Of a stretch of 64,000 nucleotides of DNA, positions 11,924-23,606 are shown piece after piece (the first letter of the stretch is position 1; each line of letters starts with the position of its first letter). The position numbers and the translations under genes are program-made. This DNA comes from Callorhinchus milii (Eukaryota). The notes beneath the pieces are model-generated. The model did not search any database. It was not told the DNA's origin and worked only from the letters and a program-made list of their open reading frames with translations. The stretch is from contig NW_024704742.1 in assembly GCF_018977255.1 (NCBI RefSeq), forward strand, positions 15,934,001 through 15,998,000, in the 5' to 3' direction.

Positions 11924-12254
11924 GTAAAATATTTCACTTTCAACTTTGTTAGAATTCCTTTTTGTCTGTTGGATCCACTTCAGTTTTGTGAAACAAATAT
12001 CAGAAATATCACAAGTATGACTGCTTGCCGTTCAAGAAAACAATTCAGTGATGTGTTACACAAAAAAATGCTTCCAAGAAAATGTCCATGCCTTTTCATG
12101 ATTAATTGTCAAGCTGGTTCTCAAGGGGATGTGTTCACACAGATAATCAATTATAGTTTCTGGTCACATTAGTTACTGCGACTGCAATCTGGGATTCCAC
12201 TGTGTGCATGTCTTTAAGAAGTCTATTTAATGTAACCCATATTAACTGGAAGAT

Positions 12255-12710
12255 GTCAGCCTGGCTCAGTTGGTAGCACTCTCGCACCTCTGTGAGATGG
12301 CAGCACTTCAGAATCAGAAGGTTGTGAGTTCAAGGGACTTTGCACTCGGCTATATCATAGGATTCACACTCCAAAGCAGTCCTGTGGGAGTGCTGCATTG
12401 TCAGAGGTGTCATCCTTCAAAAGAAACATTAAACTGAGGTCCCATGTGTCTGTTCAGGTAGACATTAAAGATCCCATGGTTTTATTAGAAAAGACAGGTG
12501 TCCTTGGCAACAAAGCCCCAAATAAAACTAGTTATTCACTTCATAGTTGTTTGTCATTGCTGTGTGTAAATTAACCGCTCTGTGTGACAACAAAACACAG
12601 TCAGCACACTTTACAGTATTATTATAGTTATTATTATAATATCCTGTGAATTGTTCAGAGACTTCCCCCTGACATAAAATGTGCTAAATCAAAAGCAAGG
12701 ATTATGTTAT
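12255..12710 (+). mobile_element. older long Deu-domain SINE (other copies ~895-1290 -, 4945-5230 +, 7240-7590 -, 27505-27650 +, 52390-53000 +, 56470-56870 -, 61680-61870 +)
   Basis: GTCAGCCTGGCTCAGTTGGTAGCACTCT head, TCAGAAGGTTGTGAGTTCAAG, GGAGTGCTGCATTGTCAGAGGT...AAAGATCCCATGG core; recurs in the listed copies. Confidence 0.75.
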
Positions 12711-13832
12711 TTTAAATGTTGTATTTTCCATATTCACTCAGCAACGGAACATTACATTTGGTTCATTACTTATGGGGGAGTGGAGGCTGGGGGAGGGAAC
12801 AGGTACTGTTTGAGAAATGAAAAAAATGCTGATTTTTTTAAGCCATTCCACTTTTTTCATCTTCACTAGAAGCACAGACTCCCTTTGTAAAAATAATAAT
12901 TATTTTTGAGGGATGGCTGGCACAGATTTTGCTGGCATATTTGTCTACGTCATATGGCATATTAAATATAAGATTGTTGTTTATTTATAAATCTTCATCA
13001 TTTTTAATTTAGGTCCTATCTACTTTGTGATTCAGGTGGATGTTAAAAGACCTCCCCTCTCTCCATGCTCTACCTCCCAGGAAATTTCAAGGAAACATGA
13101 ATTTTGTTTCTCAGTGTTATCCTGGTTTAAATTGCTTCCGATTCAGTCTCATCCCATATTTAAATAAATTGGCTTCTCATCTCATTGTTGTTTTAGGACA
13201 TACTATAGTTGGCACAAATTAGGTTGCTTACAGAATGGGATTTTATTTTATAAAGCACTTTGAGACATACCTTTTACATAAAAGCCACTGTATAGATGCA
13301 AGTTATTGTTTCAATAAATTGCCCCATTTTCATTGTAAATATTAGTCATTGTAAATGTTAAACATTTTTTGTTCTACTTAAATTATATTCCCACTGATAC
13401 AAGTGGGCAGAAACAGAGTCCCATTGACTTTGCTGTAAACTTTGGCAAAGGAAAACCCTGCATTCCCATCCATACCAATAACCTTATACAAACTATGACT
13501 TATCAGCACAGGAAAAGGTTAACATTTTAATTATGTCTTCATACTAACACTAAATATGTAAAGGTAATCCAGTGGATAGCCTTGGAGCTTTTAAAATGTT
13601 AATTCTGAAGTGTAATGACCCAGTTACACGATACAGGTTATCCCAATTTACTGTGGATTTTCACATTGAATTGATTTCACAAGATCTCTTTGAATGAAGG
13701 CTCTGAAGACCATTTGATTTCATCCTTTCAGAATACCCACTGAACCAACTAAAAATAATTATTATTTTCCATTACAGCATCAGGCTATTTTTAAATGAGT
13801 CCAATGTCTTGGCCTCAACCACCCTTCCTGGT

Positions 13833-14134
13833 GGAGTCCTGCAGCTCAGTGGTTAGAGTACTCGCCTTGCAAGCAAGACACTGGAGTTCAATTCCAAACA
13901 GACCAAAACCTTGGGCAAGTTTGTTTACTCCACACGCCTAGTAATAATCCCTCCAAAAAAAAAATTGGTCATTTTCAATCCATGACTGTTTGTGGGACAC
14001 TGATGTGTGCAATTGGCTGCCGCGTTTCGCCCACAAATATATGGTCAATTCACTTTACAGCATATTCTGTGAAGGGCTTTGAGACGTCTAGAAGACGTGA
14101 AAAGCGCTATATCAAATGCAAGGATTATTATTAT
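13833..14134 (+). mobile_element. full-length SINE nested in a CR1 3' fragment
   Basis: Head GGAGTCCTGCAGCTCAG through (ATT)n tail; the flanks rejoin as CR1 sequence. Confidence 0.9.
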
Positions 14135-15289
14135 TAATCTGTTCCTGTCATTAATTACCCTCTGGGAAATGAAATATTTCTTGGAATCTTTTTTGAAATA
14201 GCCCTTTGTAATCCCAAACCTGTCTTTTTATTCCGTTGTCAGTGTATCAATATAAGTTCTGTGATATGAATGTACCATAAAAGTTCACTGCACTGGTTTC
14301 ATCCAAAGTGATGTCTTGGAGCTGATCTCAAACCACTTCTGCTAAATTGAATCACTACGAATGCACTAAACCTAAAGTTATACAGCAGAATTGGCTGCTG
14401 TCTTGGTTTTCATGTTAAATGGATGCAAAATCTGCCATAAAACTGGTTAAATGTAATTGTACAACAAAGATGTATTACCAGTGTTCCAGTTACAGGTTTA
14501 CTGTAAGCTAGCTGCAGGTTGAATTTAAAAATATTGACTCCAACACTGTCTCGGTTTCCATTAGTTTTAGATGCTGCATATGTTATCTGCAAAGTGTCAG
14601 TGATCAGAAAGATAAGCTTCTTATAAACTACTCATTGTATCAAAATGGTATCTGATAACATTTTCTATTGGGATTCACAGATCCAGTCTAAGAGTCAAAT
14701 TACACTATGGTAGGCCAGCATTCCTAACTTAATACCAATAAACCCCAATCTGTATTGAAATACAGGCAAATATATTTTTGTATAGTCTGTGGGCTTTTGG
14801 TATAAACTATCCTACTAACTCGTGGTTACTCCTAATCTCAGTAGCGCACAGCATTGATTGAATAGGTGGCCTTTGCACAGGCAACTGTACTAATTATTCA
14901 TTGCTCAAAACCTCAGGCCTAGTTGGAAATATAACCATTGGCTTCTTTCCACTATTGACTTCACAGCTGGTCTGCCAGATGTCTTTTCGATCATTAAAAA
15001 AATCATGTCATACAATCAGGACAGCTACAACATCACAATAGAAAAGTCTTTTATCTGTCATTCAAAAGCCCATAAGTCGTAACCCAGTGCACAGAACTGT
15101 GGAAAATTCTTAAACTGAATCCATGTTTGGAAGCTGGTTTTCCAAAACTCTTCAACAGCCTGAATTTAAGAATTTTCCACAATTCTGCAATCTTAAATTG
15201 TAGGTCTTACTTTGCTGGCTGAGAATAGGTGGAAGTTGGGCCTCAGACATCAATCACTATTCTAATAACCTGTTAATTATCTCATATTA

Positions 15290-15600
15290 ATAACAATATT
15301 CCTTGAATTTGATATAGCGCTTTTCACGTCTTCTAGACATCTCAAAGCGCTTCACAGAATATATACTGTAGAGTGGACTGACTGTATAATTGTGGCCGGA
15401 ATGGGGCAGCCAATTGCACACAGCAGTGTCCCACAAACAATAGTGGATTAAAGTGACCAATTTATTATTGTTTTTTTTTCTTGAAGGATTATTATCAGGC
15501 GTGTGGAGTAAGGAAACTTGCCCAAGGTTTTGTCCTGCCGTGAATCAAACCCAGGTCTCTTGCTTGCGAGGCGAGTGCTCTAACCACTGAGCTACAGGAC
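15290..15600 (-). mobile_element. full-length SINE
   Basis: Reverse complement of the family consensus. Confidence 0.9.
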
Positions 15601-16109
15601 TTTACATTAGGGGATAATCATTAAAGAATGTACCAGAGGAAAGCTCCATGGCAGAATTTACACTCGCTGCCCCACATACTTGCTCAAATCACCCTCTCTT
15701 CTACAATTTTGTATAAAATCACTTAAGATTACAATAATAAACTTATGAAAGTGGCTAGGTGGATGTGCAGATTTCCCCATGACTGTGATCAGAGGATTAA
15801 TCTACAGAACAACTGACAGAAAGTGAGCTCTGCGTCACAGCTGCAATTCTGCACAATTCCTAAGTACACCTCGATTTTAAAGGTTTAGTTTATATACTTT
15901 AATTGTATGTTTCAAATTAAATTGATCTTAAGGTTAATTTTAAGCATTGTGCAAGTACCTCCATATACATTTCCACATGCATTATATGTAAATTATGTTT
16001 GCAGTTTTTCTCTTTTTATAATTGAAAATTCCAAGGTGAAGGGCCAAAATCCAGAAAAGCAGGACGCCACAAAAGTTGGGAAGAATAGGAACTTTGCAAC
16101 CTCTCTGCT

Positions 16110-16442
16110 CAGGTGGTAAAGCTACTGCCTAGTATGAAGGCATTCAAATCCTGAAGGTCACAGGTCCAGTCTCTAGTCTCTGCTGAATTAGCTGAATTCT
16201 GACGTTGCAGCAGCAAGCACATTGCAATTGGTTTCAGGTCTCCTGGCTAGAGGGAAACTCAACCAAGGGTTCCTGATCACTATCCTGTGATCATTGCTGG
16301 AAACAGCATTATATCAAAACAGCATTGGTTGTGATAAACTGAATAGTTCCACTTTGTAAAGCTATTGGATCTCAAGCGACTGTCCTATGGTGTGCTCTCA
16401 TCTTGCAAAAGGAATTAGTGGAGTCTAGGAGAGGAGAATTGG
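16110..16442 (+). mobile_element. ancient SINE-like repeat, third family (copies ~45780-46115 -, and ~59870-60415 + interrupted by a young SINE)
   Basis: Shared blocks GTCT(C/G)TGCTGAATTAGCTGA, CTGCTGGAAA and a purine-rich end GGAGAGGAGAATT, compared by eye between the three places. Confidence 0.55.
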
Positions 16443-18329
16443 AGGGGTGGAGGCTCGTGTGGAATGTAACCACCATCATTGGGTTGAATGCTTCCATGCG
16501 ATAACATCTGGCAATGAGCTACGTACAAAGTAATTTGCTTACCAATTTCTTGCACTGGAACCTTATCAGACAATTATTTAGGTACAATAATTTGAGGTAA
16601 ACTGGATTTATGAGCAGTGGCACTGTGCATGTGATGTGTACCTCCTGTAAAGTCAGTTAAGAAAGGAGATGATCTGGATTTGCTCAATCCTTTGAATCAG
16701 CATATCTGTGTTTAAAATACTTTCTGCATTTTACTTTAAAAAGGGATTCACCCGGGAAAACAAACATTAATTATATCTGTAAGTCTTAGCTCGGTAGCTG
16801 CCTGTTCCTCGGTTACAAAATCAGGGCAGCCCCAATTTGCATTTTAATTGCAGTCTCTGCAAAGTGCTGATCTGCCTGTTGGGACAATTGCAGGTATTCT
16901 GTTCTTCCGATGCTTGTTTCCGGATTTTAGAAATGAGCACAGAAAGAATCTGAGGACAGCAATCACCTCACGAAGTTGAGCATGCCTGAGCAGAGTCCAC
17001 TCTTTTCTGGAGTTAGCAGATCTGAACACTGACCCAATATTAAAAAAATCCTGCTAACTGCAATTCCATCAGACTGTCACAATAAAGGTTTCTTAATAAC
17101 AATCCTTGCATTTGATATAGAGCTTTATCACGTCGTTGAGGCATCTAAAAGCACTTCACAGAACATACTGCAAAGTGAATTGACTATATTTTGTGGGCAA
17201 CATATATCTTATAGTTTCTTTTAAAGGATATGCAAGGATTAAGATGGACCAGACTTTGCCAGCTTTGGCAACCAGATAGTTTAGTTGTGAACTGCAGACT
17301 TCAGATGCCTGGGACATGTAATTAAGATTAGGGCTTTCCTCGAGCACTAACACTGCAATCAAACAGGTGTGGTGCGTGACTCTGGGCTGTGTGCACTCTA
17401 CCACTTGGTATTTTTTCACTACTTTCACAGCAAGCAGTAAGAAATCATGCAATATTCTGAAATCTGATGTTAGAGACCAAAACAGTGGCTGTTTAATGTA
17501 AATGCAACACCTCACATTCTTGAACACACAAAATATGTATATGTGTTACACTTATTAGTCAAATTAAAGCCTTGGTGCTGATTTAGTAAACGGAGTAAAT
17601 CTAACCAGATCAATAGCAGTTTCTGTGCTTTTGAAGATTGTTCCTAGTCGTTTATGCAATGTTACATTTGGAGTATCAGTGGGGAAATATACTTCTGGGA
17701 CCTTGGCACAAAGTCCTTTAGGTGTGCAATTAATCCACTGCTTCGGAATAACAGCCTGCTGAAATGATAGTCAGCCTTTGCCAGGAAATATAAATCATGT
17801 GAACATTTATAGATTTGCTTAACAGGCACAAAAATGTCTATATAACTCTTTGGCATCTCCTCATTGTATTGCTGAGAACACAAGTCAGGATAAAATCCTT
17901 AGTGAGACAATTTTACTGGATTCCCATTTCTCCCTCTGCCAGGGTATGTTAGTTATGCCCCACTTAAAAAAAAAAGAGGACAAAGTGGCTGAGAATAGAA
18001 TGCAAGAGGGTTGCTGCAAAATGTATCTGCGAAGTTAGATGAATGTGGGAGGTGCCCTGATTTCTGAGAAAGAAAAGAAAATATGAAAAGTTAAGGGCTG
18101 AGACCCACAGGGACACTTCACACAACCTGCTTTAAGTAGGTAAAGCGAAGCTCATCTGAGCTGTAAATGGTAGAATTGTATCACACCTGCCTATTGTGCA
18201 TGATATGAAGTGCATGTCGATCGAAGACACAGAGGAGAAATGGCCTTGGGCTTTGGTACTTACTTCACCAATCAATACAACTGATGGTTCTTGAGTGAGA
18301 TGAGAAACTGAAGTCAAGTCAGTCACCAG

Positions 18330-18462
18330 ATAATGATAATAATCCTTGCATTTGATATAGCTATTATGCCGTTGAGACGTCTTGAAGTGCTGCACAAAAT
18401 ATATTGTAAAGTGGATTGACTGTGTATAGTGTGCGTGAAACGCAACAGCCAATTGCGCACAC
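18330..18462 (-). mobile_element. SINE 3' fragment fused to an L2 5' end (similar 3' fragments at ~17095-17200, 38545-38650, 46138-46230, 59735-59865, 60525-60600, 62795-62869)
   Basis: AATAATCCTTGCATTTGATATAG...GCCAATTGCGCAC. Confidence 0.8.
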
Positions 18463-19860
18463 TCACCCTTGACCATTCCAATCTTACAAATTACCATCCC
18501 AGTTCCAACCTGCCCTTCCTCGCCAAAGCTCTGGAACGTGTTGTCGCTAACCAGCTTTGCTCACACCTCTCCCTTCACTGGCTCCTCGAGCCCCTCCAGT
18601 CTGGTTTCCACTCTGCCCACAGCACAGAGAATGGCTCTTGACAAGGTCACAAATGATGCCCTTTCTCTATGTGACCAGGACTCCCTCTGCTTCCCCATCC
18701 TCCTGGACCTCACCGCTGCGTTCAACACAGTCGAACATACCATCCTCATCCATCGCCTCTCCTCCCTAATCCACTTTAGTGGGATTGCGCAAGCCTGGTT
18801 CGAGTCTTACCTAACAAACCACGTTCAGTTTGTCTCTTCAAGCGGTTTCTTCTCCCATCCCTGGTCGGTCACCTGTGGTGTACCCTAGGGCTCCAACTTT
18901 TACCCCCTCCTCTTCCGCATCTATATGCTCCCTCTCGGCAATGTCATCCGGAGACATGGGGTAAACTTCCACATGTATGCGGATGACACACAAATCTACT
19001 TCTCCTCCTCCAGCTGTGACTCCAGCTTCGTGCAAAGGTTTTACAACTAATATTGACAAGATGGAAACCATACTCCTTGGTTCCTGACAATGTCTTCAGT
19101 CCTGTGGCTCTGACCTCCTCAACCTCCCCAGCCTATCCCTCAGATGTACCAAACCGGTGCGCAACCTTTTGTTAGATCCACAGCTGTCCTTCCTTCCCCA
19201 AATCTGGTCCCTGACCAGAACTGCCTTCCTCGGCCTCTATAACTAGGGCCGCCTCCGGCCATGCCTTACCTGAAATGCAGCCGAAACACTCATCCATGCG
19301 TTTGTCACCTCCCAACTTGACTTTTCAAATGCCCTCTTTGCCGATCTCCCCAGCTCCACCATGCACAGGATCCAGCTGATCCTGGATGCTCCGCCACCTG
19401 CATACTCACCCATACTAAACTCCGATTATACCAGTTCTAACCCGGCTCCATTGGCTCCCTATCGCCGAATGGATCGAGTTCAAGATACGCACAATCATTT
19501 TCAAATCCCTTCATTCCCTGGCACTTCCCTACCTCTCCAACCTGCTTACTCTCCAACCCACAACCTGCTGCCTCCACTCGACTGGCTCCGGCCTTCTGCA
19601 TATCCCTTGTGTTCTCCTTTCCACCAAGGGTGGCTGTGCTTTCAGCCACTACGCCCTGAAACTCTGTAACACTCTTCCTCTCTCCCTCCGTCTTGCCCCT
19701 TCCTTCCCCATGTTCAGGTTGTGCCTGAAGACCTTCCTCTTTGACTGTGCCTACAGTCACCTTCCCCTCTCCCTAGCTCAGTGTCATGCTCCGCCCCTGT
19801 CAAGCGCTCTGGGACACTACCCTGCATGAGGGGCGCTGTATAAATGCAAGTTGTTGCTGT
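18463..19860 (+). mobile_element. 5'-truncated, decayed L2-clade LINE (RT domain and 3' tail)
   Basis: NYHPSSNLPFLAK...QSGF...LLDLTAAFNTV...HMYADDTQ, with stops and frameshifts; tail ATAAATGCAAGTTGTTGCTG. Confidence 0.92.
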
Positions 19861-19982
19861 TTAGATATTCAATTGTCTAACATCTCTGACAAATGCAAAC
19901 CAGGACCATGTCATCATGCCTCTCCCTGAAATAAAATAGACTGTCTTTTGAATTCTTGATGCAATTTGATGCTGTACTTTTA

Positions 19983-20305
19983 TAATAATAATAGTAATAA
20001 TAATCCTTGCATTTGATATAGCACTTTTCACATCTTCTAGAAGACCCAAAGTGCTTTACAGAATATACTGTAAAGTGAATTGACTGTATATTTGCGGGCG
20101 AACGCGGCAGCCAATTGCGCACAGCAATGTCCCACAAACAGTCGTGGATTGAAAATGACCAATTTTATTATTGTTTTTTGTTTTGGAGGGATTATTATTA
20201 GGCGTGTGGAGTAAGGAAACTTGCCCAAGGTTTCGCCCTGCCTGGAATTGAACCCAAGTCTCTCACTTGCAAAGCGAGTGCTCTAACCACTGAGCTACAG
20301 GACTC
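19983..20305 (-). mobile_element. full-length SINE
   Basis: Reverse complement of consensus, ends GCTACAGGACTCC. Confidence 0.92.
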
Positions 20306-20726
20306 CTTATTTACAGTGAAAAATAAACCTAGGTCATTTGCTCGATCTCCTTATCATTGCTTTTTACAGAGAAAGAGGTAGACAGAGAGCAGTGGCACAC
20401 AACAACGGAATGCATCAGTTTGGGCGATCAATAATTTCACACATCACACGATTGGTTTTAGCAAATAAATCATGTTACAACTAGGCTACTGGGATGCATT
20501 GAGGGTTATTCATTTATCTATCTATCCCCGAGGGAGGGAAACTGCTCTATGTGTGTGTGGGGGGATGGGTTGTAGGTAGCCAAACAAGATTTCTCCACCT
20601 TGTGGAGCAGTTGAGGTCTGTAGCAGAATATTGATAGGTGAGGATGGAGCTAAAATGGATGTTTGGACTCCAGTATTGCTTTGACTGTGTGCCTTTACTA
20701 ACGAGGCAGATTTGATTTCCCCGCAG

Positions 20727-20964
20727 GTTGATAGAGCTCCTTCCTTTCGTGGCGATAAACTACTACTGGGGAGTGCTGAGTAAGTGCCTAACCTACAGCA
20801 AAGCCGCTTCTGACCCTTTCGTCTATTCACTGCTGCGGCAACAGTACAAGAAAGTCCTGGTCAACATTGTCAACAGGATGTTGAAAAAGGATTTATACCC
20901 TTCTTCTGGACACAACAGCTCATTGGATACTGAAAACGATTACTGTCTACAGAGAGCCACCTGA
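20727..20964 (+). CDS. GPR78: GPR78 coding exon 3 (TM7 and C-tail); total CDS 1020 nt = 339 aa
   Basis: ccccgcag|G TTG ATA GAG...; encodes (R)LIELLPFVAINYYWGVLSKCLTYSKAASDPFVYSLLR...HNSSLDTENDYCLQRAT*. The DTEND-CLQ tail matches mammalian GPR78. Confidence 0.95.
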
Positions 20965-21409
20965 GGACACCTTTCCCCAGACTGGGATTTCTGTCAATGA
21001 ACCCAAACTGAGACCACATGACTGACTACGTGCACTTTTGATCAGTGTTAAGGGATGGGGGTGGGAGAAATATGAGAGCCAAAGGCAAACATCTTTTTAT
21101 TCTATATCAAATATTTTAAAAAGAAAGAATGTATTATTATTGTCAGAGTTTAGTCTTCAGTACATATTTGTATTCTCGCAGTTTTTTGTGCAAATTGTTA
21201 TGATTATTGAGCTGAAGAGTCTTTGTATATTGGGAGAGTTTTTTTTTGTGTTGGCGTCATCTGCACTGTTATCACTGAAACCCTGTGAAAGGCTTTGTAT
21301 AGACTACAGAGGCAATACCCCTCTTGAGAGGAGGGATGTAACTCGTTCGTGGTTTAGAGTATAATAGATCCTGTGGCAAAAAAAAAGTTTAAACTGTTTG
21401 TGATTCTGT

Positions 21410-21415
21410 AATAAA
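21410..21415 (+). terminator. candidate polyadenylation signal of GPR78 (a second AATAAA at 21610-21615)
   Basis: AATAAA ~450 nt after the stop, at the end of a U-rich UTR-like stretch and before the CPZ promoter. Confidence 0.55.
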
Positions 21416-21848
21416 GAAATGTCAAAAACGCGAGTCGGAATGTTTGAGCTTTTAATGGTGTTCCCCATCCTGTATTACGCTAAAACAAAATCGTTGGGTT
21501 AGACTACAGTTTAGGGAAGAAAGCAAAAAAAAAATAACGTTGTGAGATTAATACTGTTTTTTCGTGGTTACATTTCGTGTGTGATCTTCGCTATGGAGAG
21601 CGATGCAACAATAAAAGTTTAATGAGATGACTGGACAGAGGCAAAGGACATGATTTCATTGATGCATCATCTTTATTAGGAGTGAATAATAATGTGTGTG
21701 TGTGTGGGGGGGGGAGTGGGTGGGGGGCAATGTGCACAATGTGATGTTGATCTGAACACTCACGTTTGGTGCTGTTCGGGTAGTAGTGAGTTATTGCGCT
21801 CTGAGTGTGTAACTCATTCCAAACTTTCGACAGTTTCCAAAACTTTTC

Positions 21849-22450
21849 GGGGAGGGGGTGGGGGGAGGAGGGGAGGCGGGGAGGGGGTGAGGGGGAGGAG
21901 GGGGGAGGGGGTGAGGGGAGGGGGAGGGGAGGGGGAGGAGGGAGGGGGAGGGGGGGGGGGGGGGGGCGACCGCGAATTCCGTGCAGTTTGGGATTTCGGG
22001 GCTGAACCTCCACGTGGCAATACGGTAATATGATATTCGGACGTGTTTCTCCTAAAATGTGCGCCGTTTTTCCTTTCGCAACTGAGCGCCGGTATAATAG
22101 GGACCTGCGGTGCAGCACCAGAGAGCGAGAGCGGAGCGGCACGAACCCGGAGCCATGGACCCGGTGGCGTTTCTCCTGCATTTGGTTCTCGTCACCGCAG
22201 CGCAGGGCGCCCCGCGCTGTGAGCCCGGGGACCGGGCGTTAGGTAAGCGGGAGCACAGCTCCGGTTGCGCGTTGCACTTTTAACACCGCAATATGCTGAT
22301 GGACCCTGTGCCCGGACCCTCACTTAACGCCGGGACAGCCACAGGCAAAGGCTATCACACTGCATTAATTCCACACAAAGATGCTCGATACTCGGTGGAG
22401 ACTTCCAGGTGTTTTGATACTGAGTATCTTCTCGTATCGCCCTCCACCCT
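21849..22450 (+). promoter_or_regulatory. CPZ promoter / CpG island with upstream G-rich tract
   Basis: GC- and CpG-rich segment in an otherwise AT-rich, CpG-poor window. Poly-purine G tract 21849-21966; TATA-like TATAAT near 22093; surrounds CPZ exon 1. Confidence 0.7.
22155..22242 (+). CDS. CPZ: carboxypeptidase Z coding exon 1 (signal peptide)
   Basis: Kozak gccATGg at 22155. Encodes MDPVAFLLHLVLVTAAQGAPRCEPGDRAL(G), with a hydrophobic core and AQG-A cleavage-like site. Donor G|gtaagc; 88 nt, phase 1. Confidence 0.88.
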
Positions 22451-23279
22451 CTCGGGGGTCTTCTCATCTGCGGTCGTTATAGATTGCATTTAAAAGTTTG
22501 CAAACTTTTATTTTGTTTTTTTTAAAAAAAAACCGCAAATGTATTGGGGGCAAAGCGATCTGAGATGCAAAGTGCCCGTTGTGTGGAGCGTAATGGATTT
22601 AGCAATATACCAAACTTTTTTTTTTGGGGGGGAAATAATAAAATAAATGTTGATGCATCATCCCTGTGGCTTCGTACGCAGACCGGGGGGTGAGTGAAAG
22701 TCCCCCCCCCACCCCCACCCCCCACCCCCACCCCCCCAAAAAAAAAGTGAAGTCGAGCGGCGAAAAAGTTCTATTCTGAGGTCAGATTTGGTGATTTGGG
22801 ATCGCACTTCTGCTCAGGGCGGAGGGCTCCCAAAGGCAATCGCGTTACTTGAGGGAATCTGCTTAAGAAAAGCCATAGATGTTACCCACCAGGAGAGCAG
22901 AGTGTGTGTCTGTGTGTTGGGAAAAAAAAGCCCACGATTTATAAATCAAATGAGTCCCCTCTTGTCAGTGTGTGTGTGTGTGTGTGTGTACCCCCGAGTC
23001 AGCAGAGCTGCTCATACAGTGTTATCCACATCCCCTCTCCTGTGATCCTCCAGTCAGATGGATGGCAAACAATGTGGTGTTAACTGCTTAGACTCCAGCA
23101 GTTACCCCGACTCACACTCTGGAGTCCACAAGCCTTGGCTCTCACCAACCTGCGCCTAATGGTTTCCCGAATTAGGTAAACAGGATTTGTCCCTCCAGGG
23201 AGAGAGAGAGAGAGAGCGCATTCCATCCCAACAATCCATCTCTGGGATTTCCATGTGTAGGTGGGATGCGCGCGTGGAA

Positions 23280-23606
23280 ATAATAATAATAATAATAATC
23301 CTCGCATTTGATATAGCGCTTTTCATGTCGGGAGGACGTCCCAAAGCGCTTCACAGAACACACTGTAAAGTGAATTGACTGTATATTTGTGGGCGAACGC
23401 GGCAGCCAATTGCGCACAGCAATGTCCCACAAACAGTCGTAGATTGAAAATGACCAATTTATTATTGTTTTTGGTTTTGGAGGGATTATTATTAGGCTCT
23501 GTGTGGAGTAAGGAAACTTGCCCGAGGTTTTGCCCTGACCTGCCAGAGATTGAACTCAGGTCTCTCACTTGCAAACCGAGTGCTCTAACCACTGAGCTAC
23601 AGGACT
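23280..23606 (-). mobile_element. full-length SINE nested in an older unclassified repeat
   Basis: Reverse complement of consensus; flanks rejoin as in the copy at 51620-51660. Confidence 0.92.

Noticed and set aside
10045-20964. Calling the GPCR GPR26
   Set aside because: The C-terminal DTEND-CLQ motif and linkage to CPZ (GPR26 neighbours CPXM2 in mammals) favour GPR78.
21591-22181. Pro-rich / Gly-rich ORFs
   Set aside because: Translations of the low-complexity G tract.
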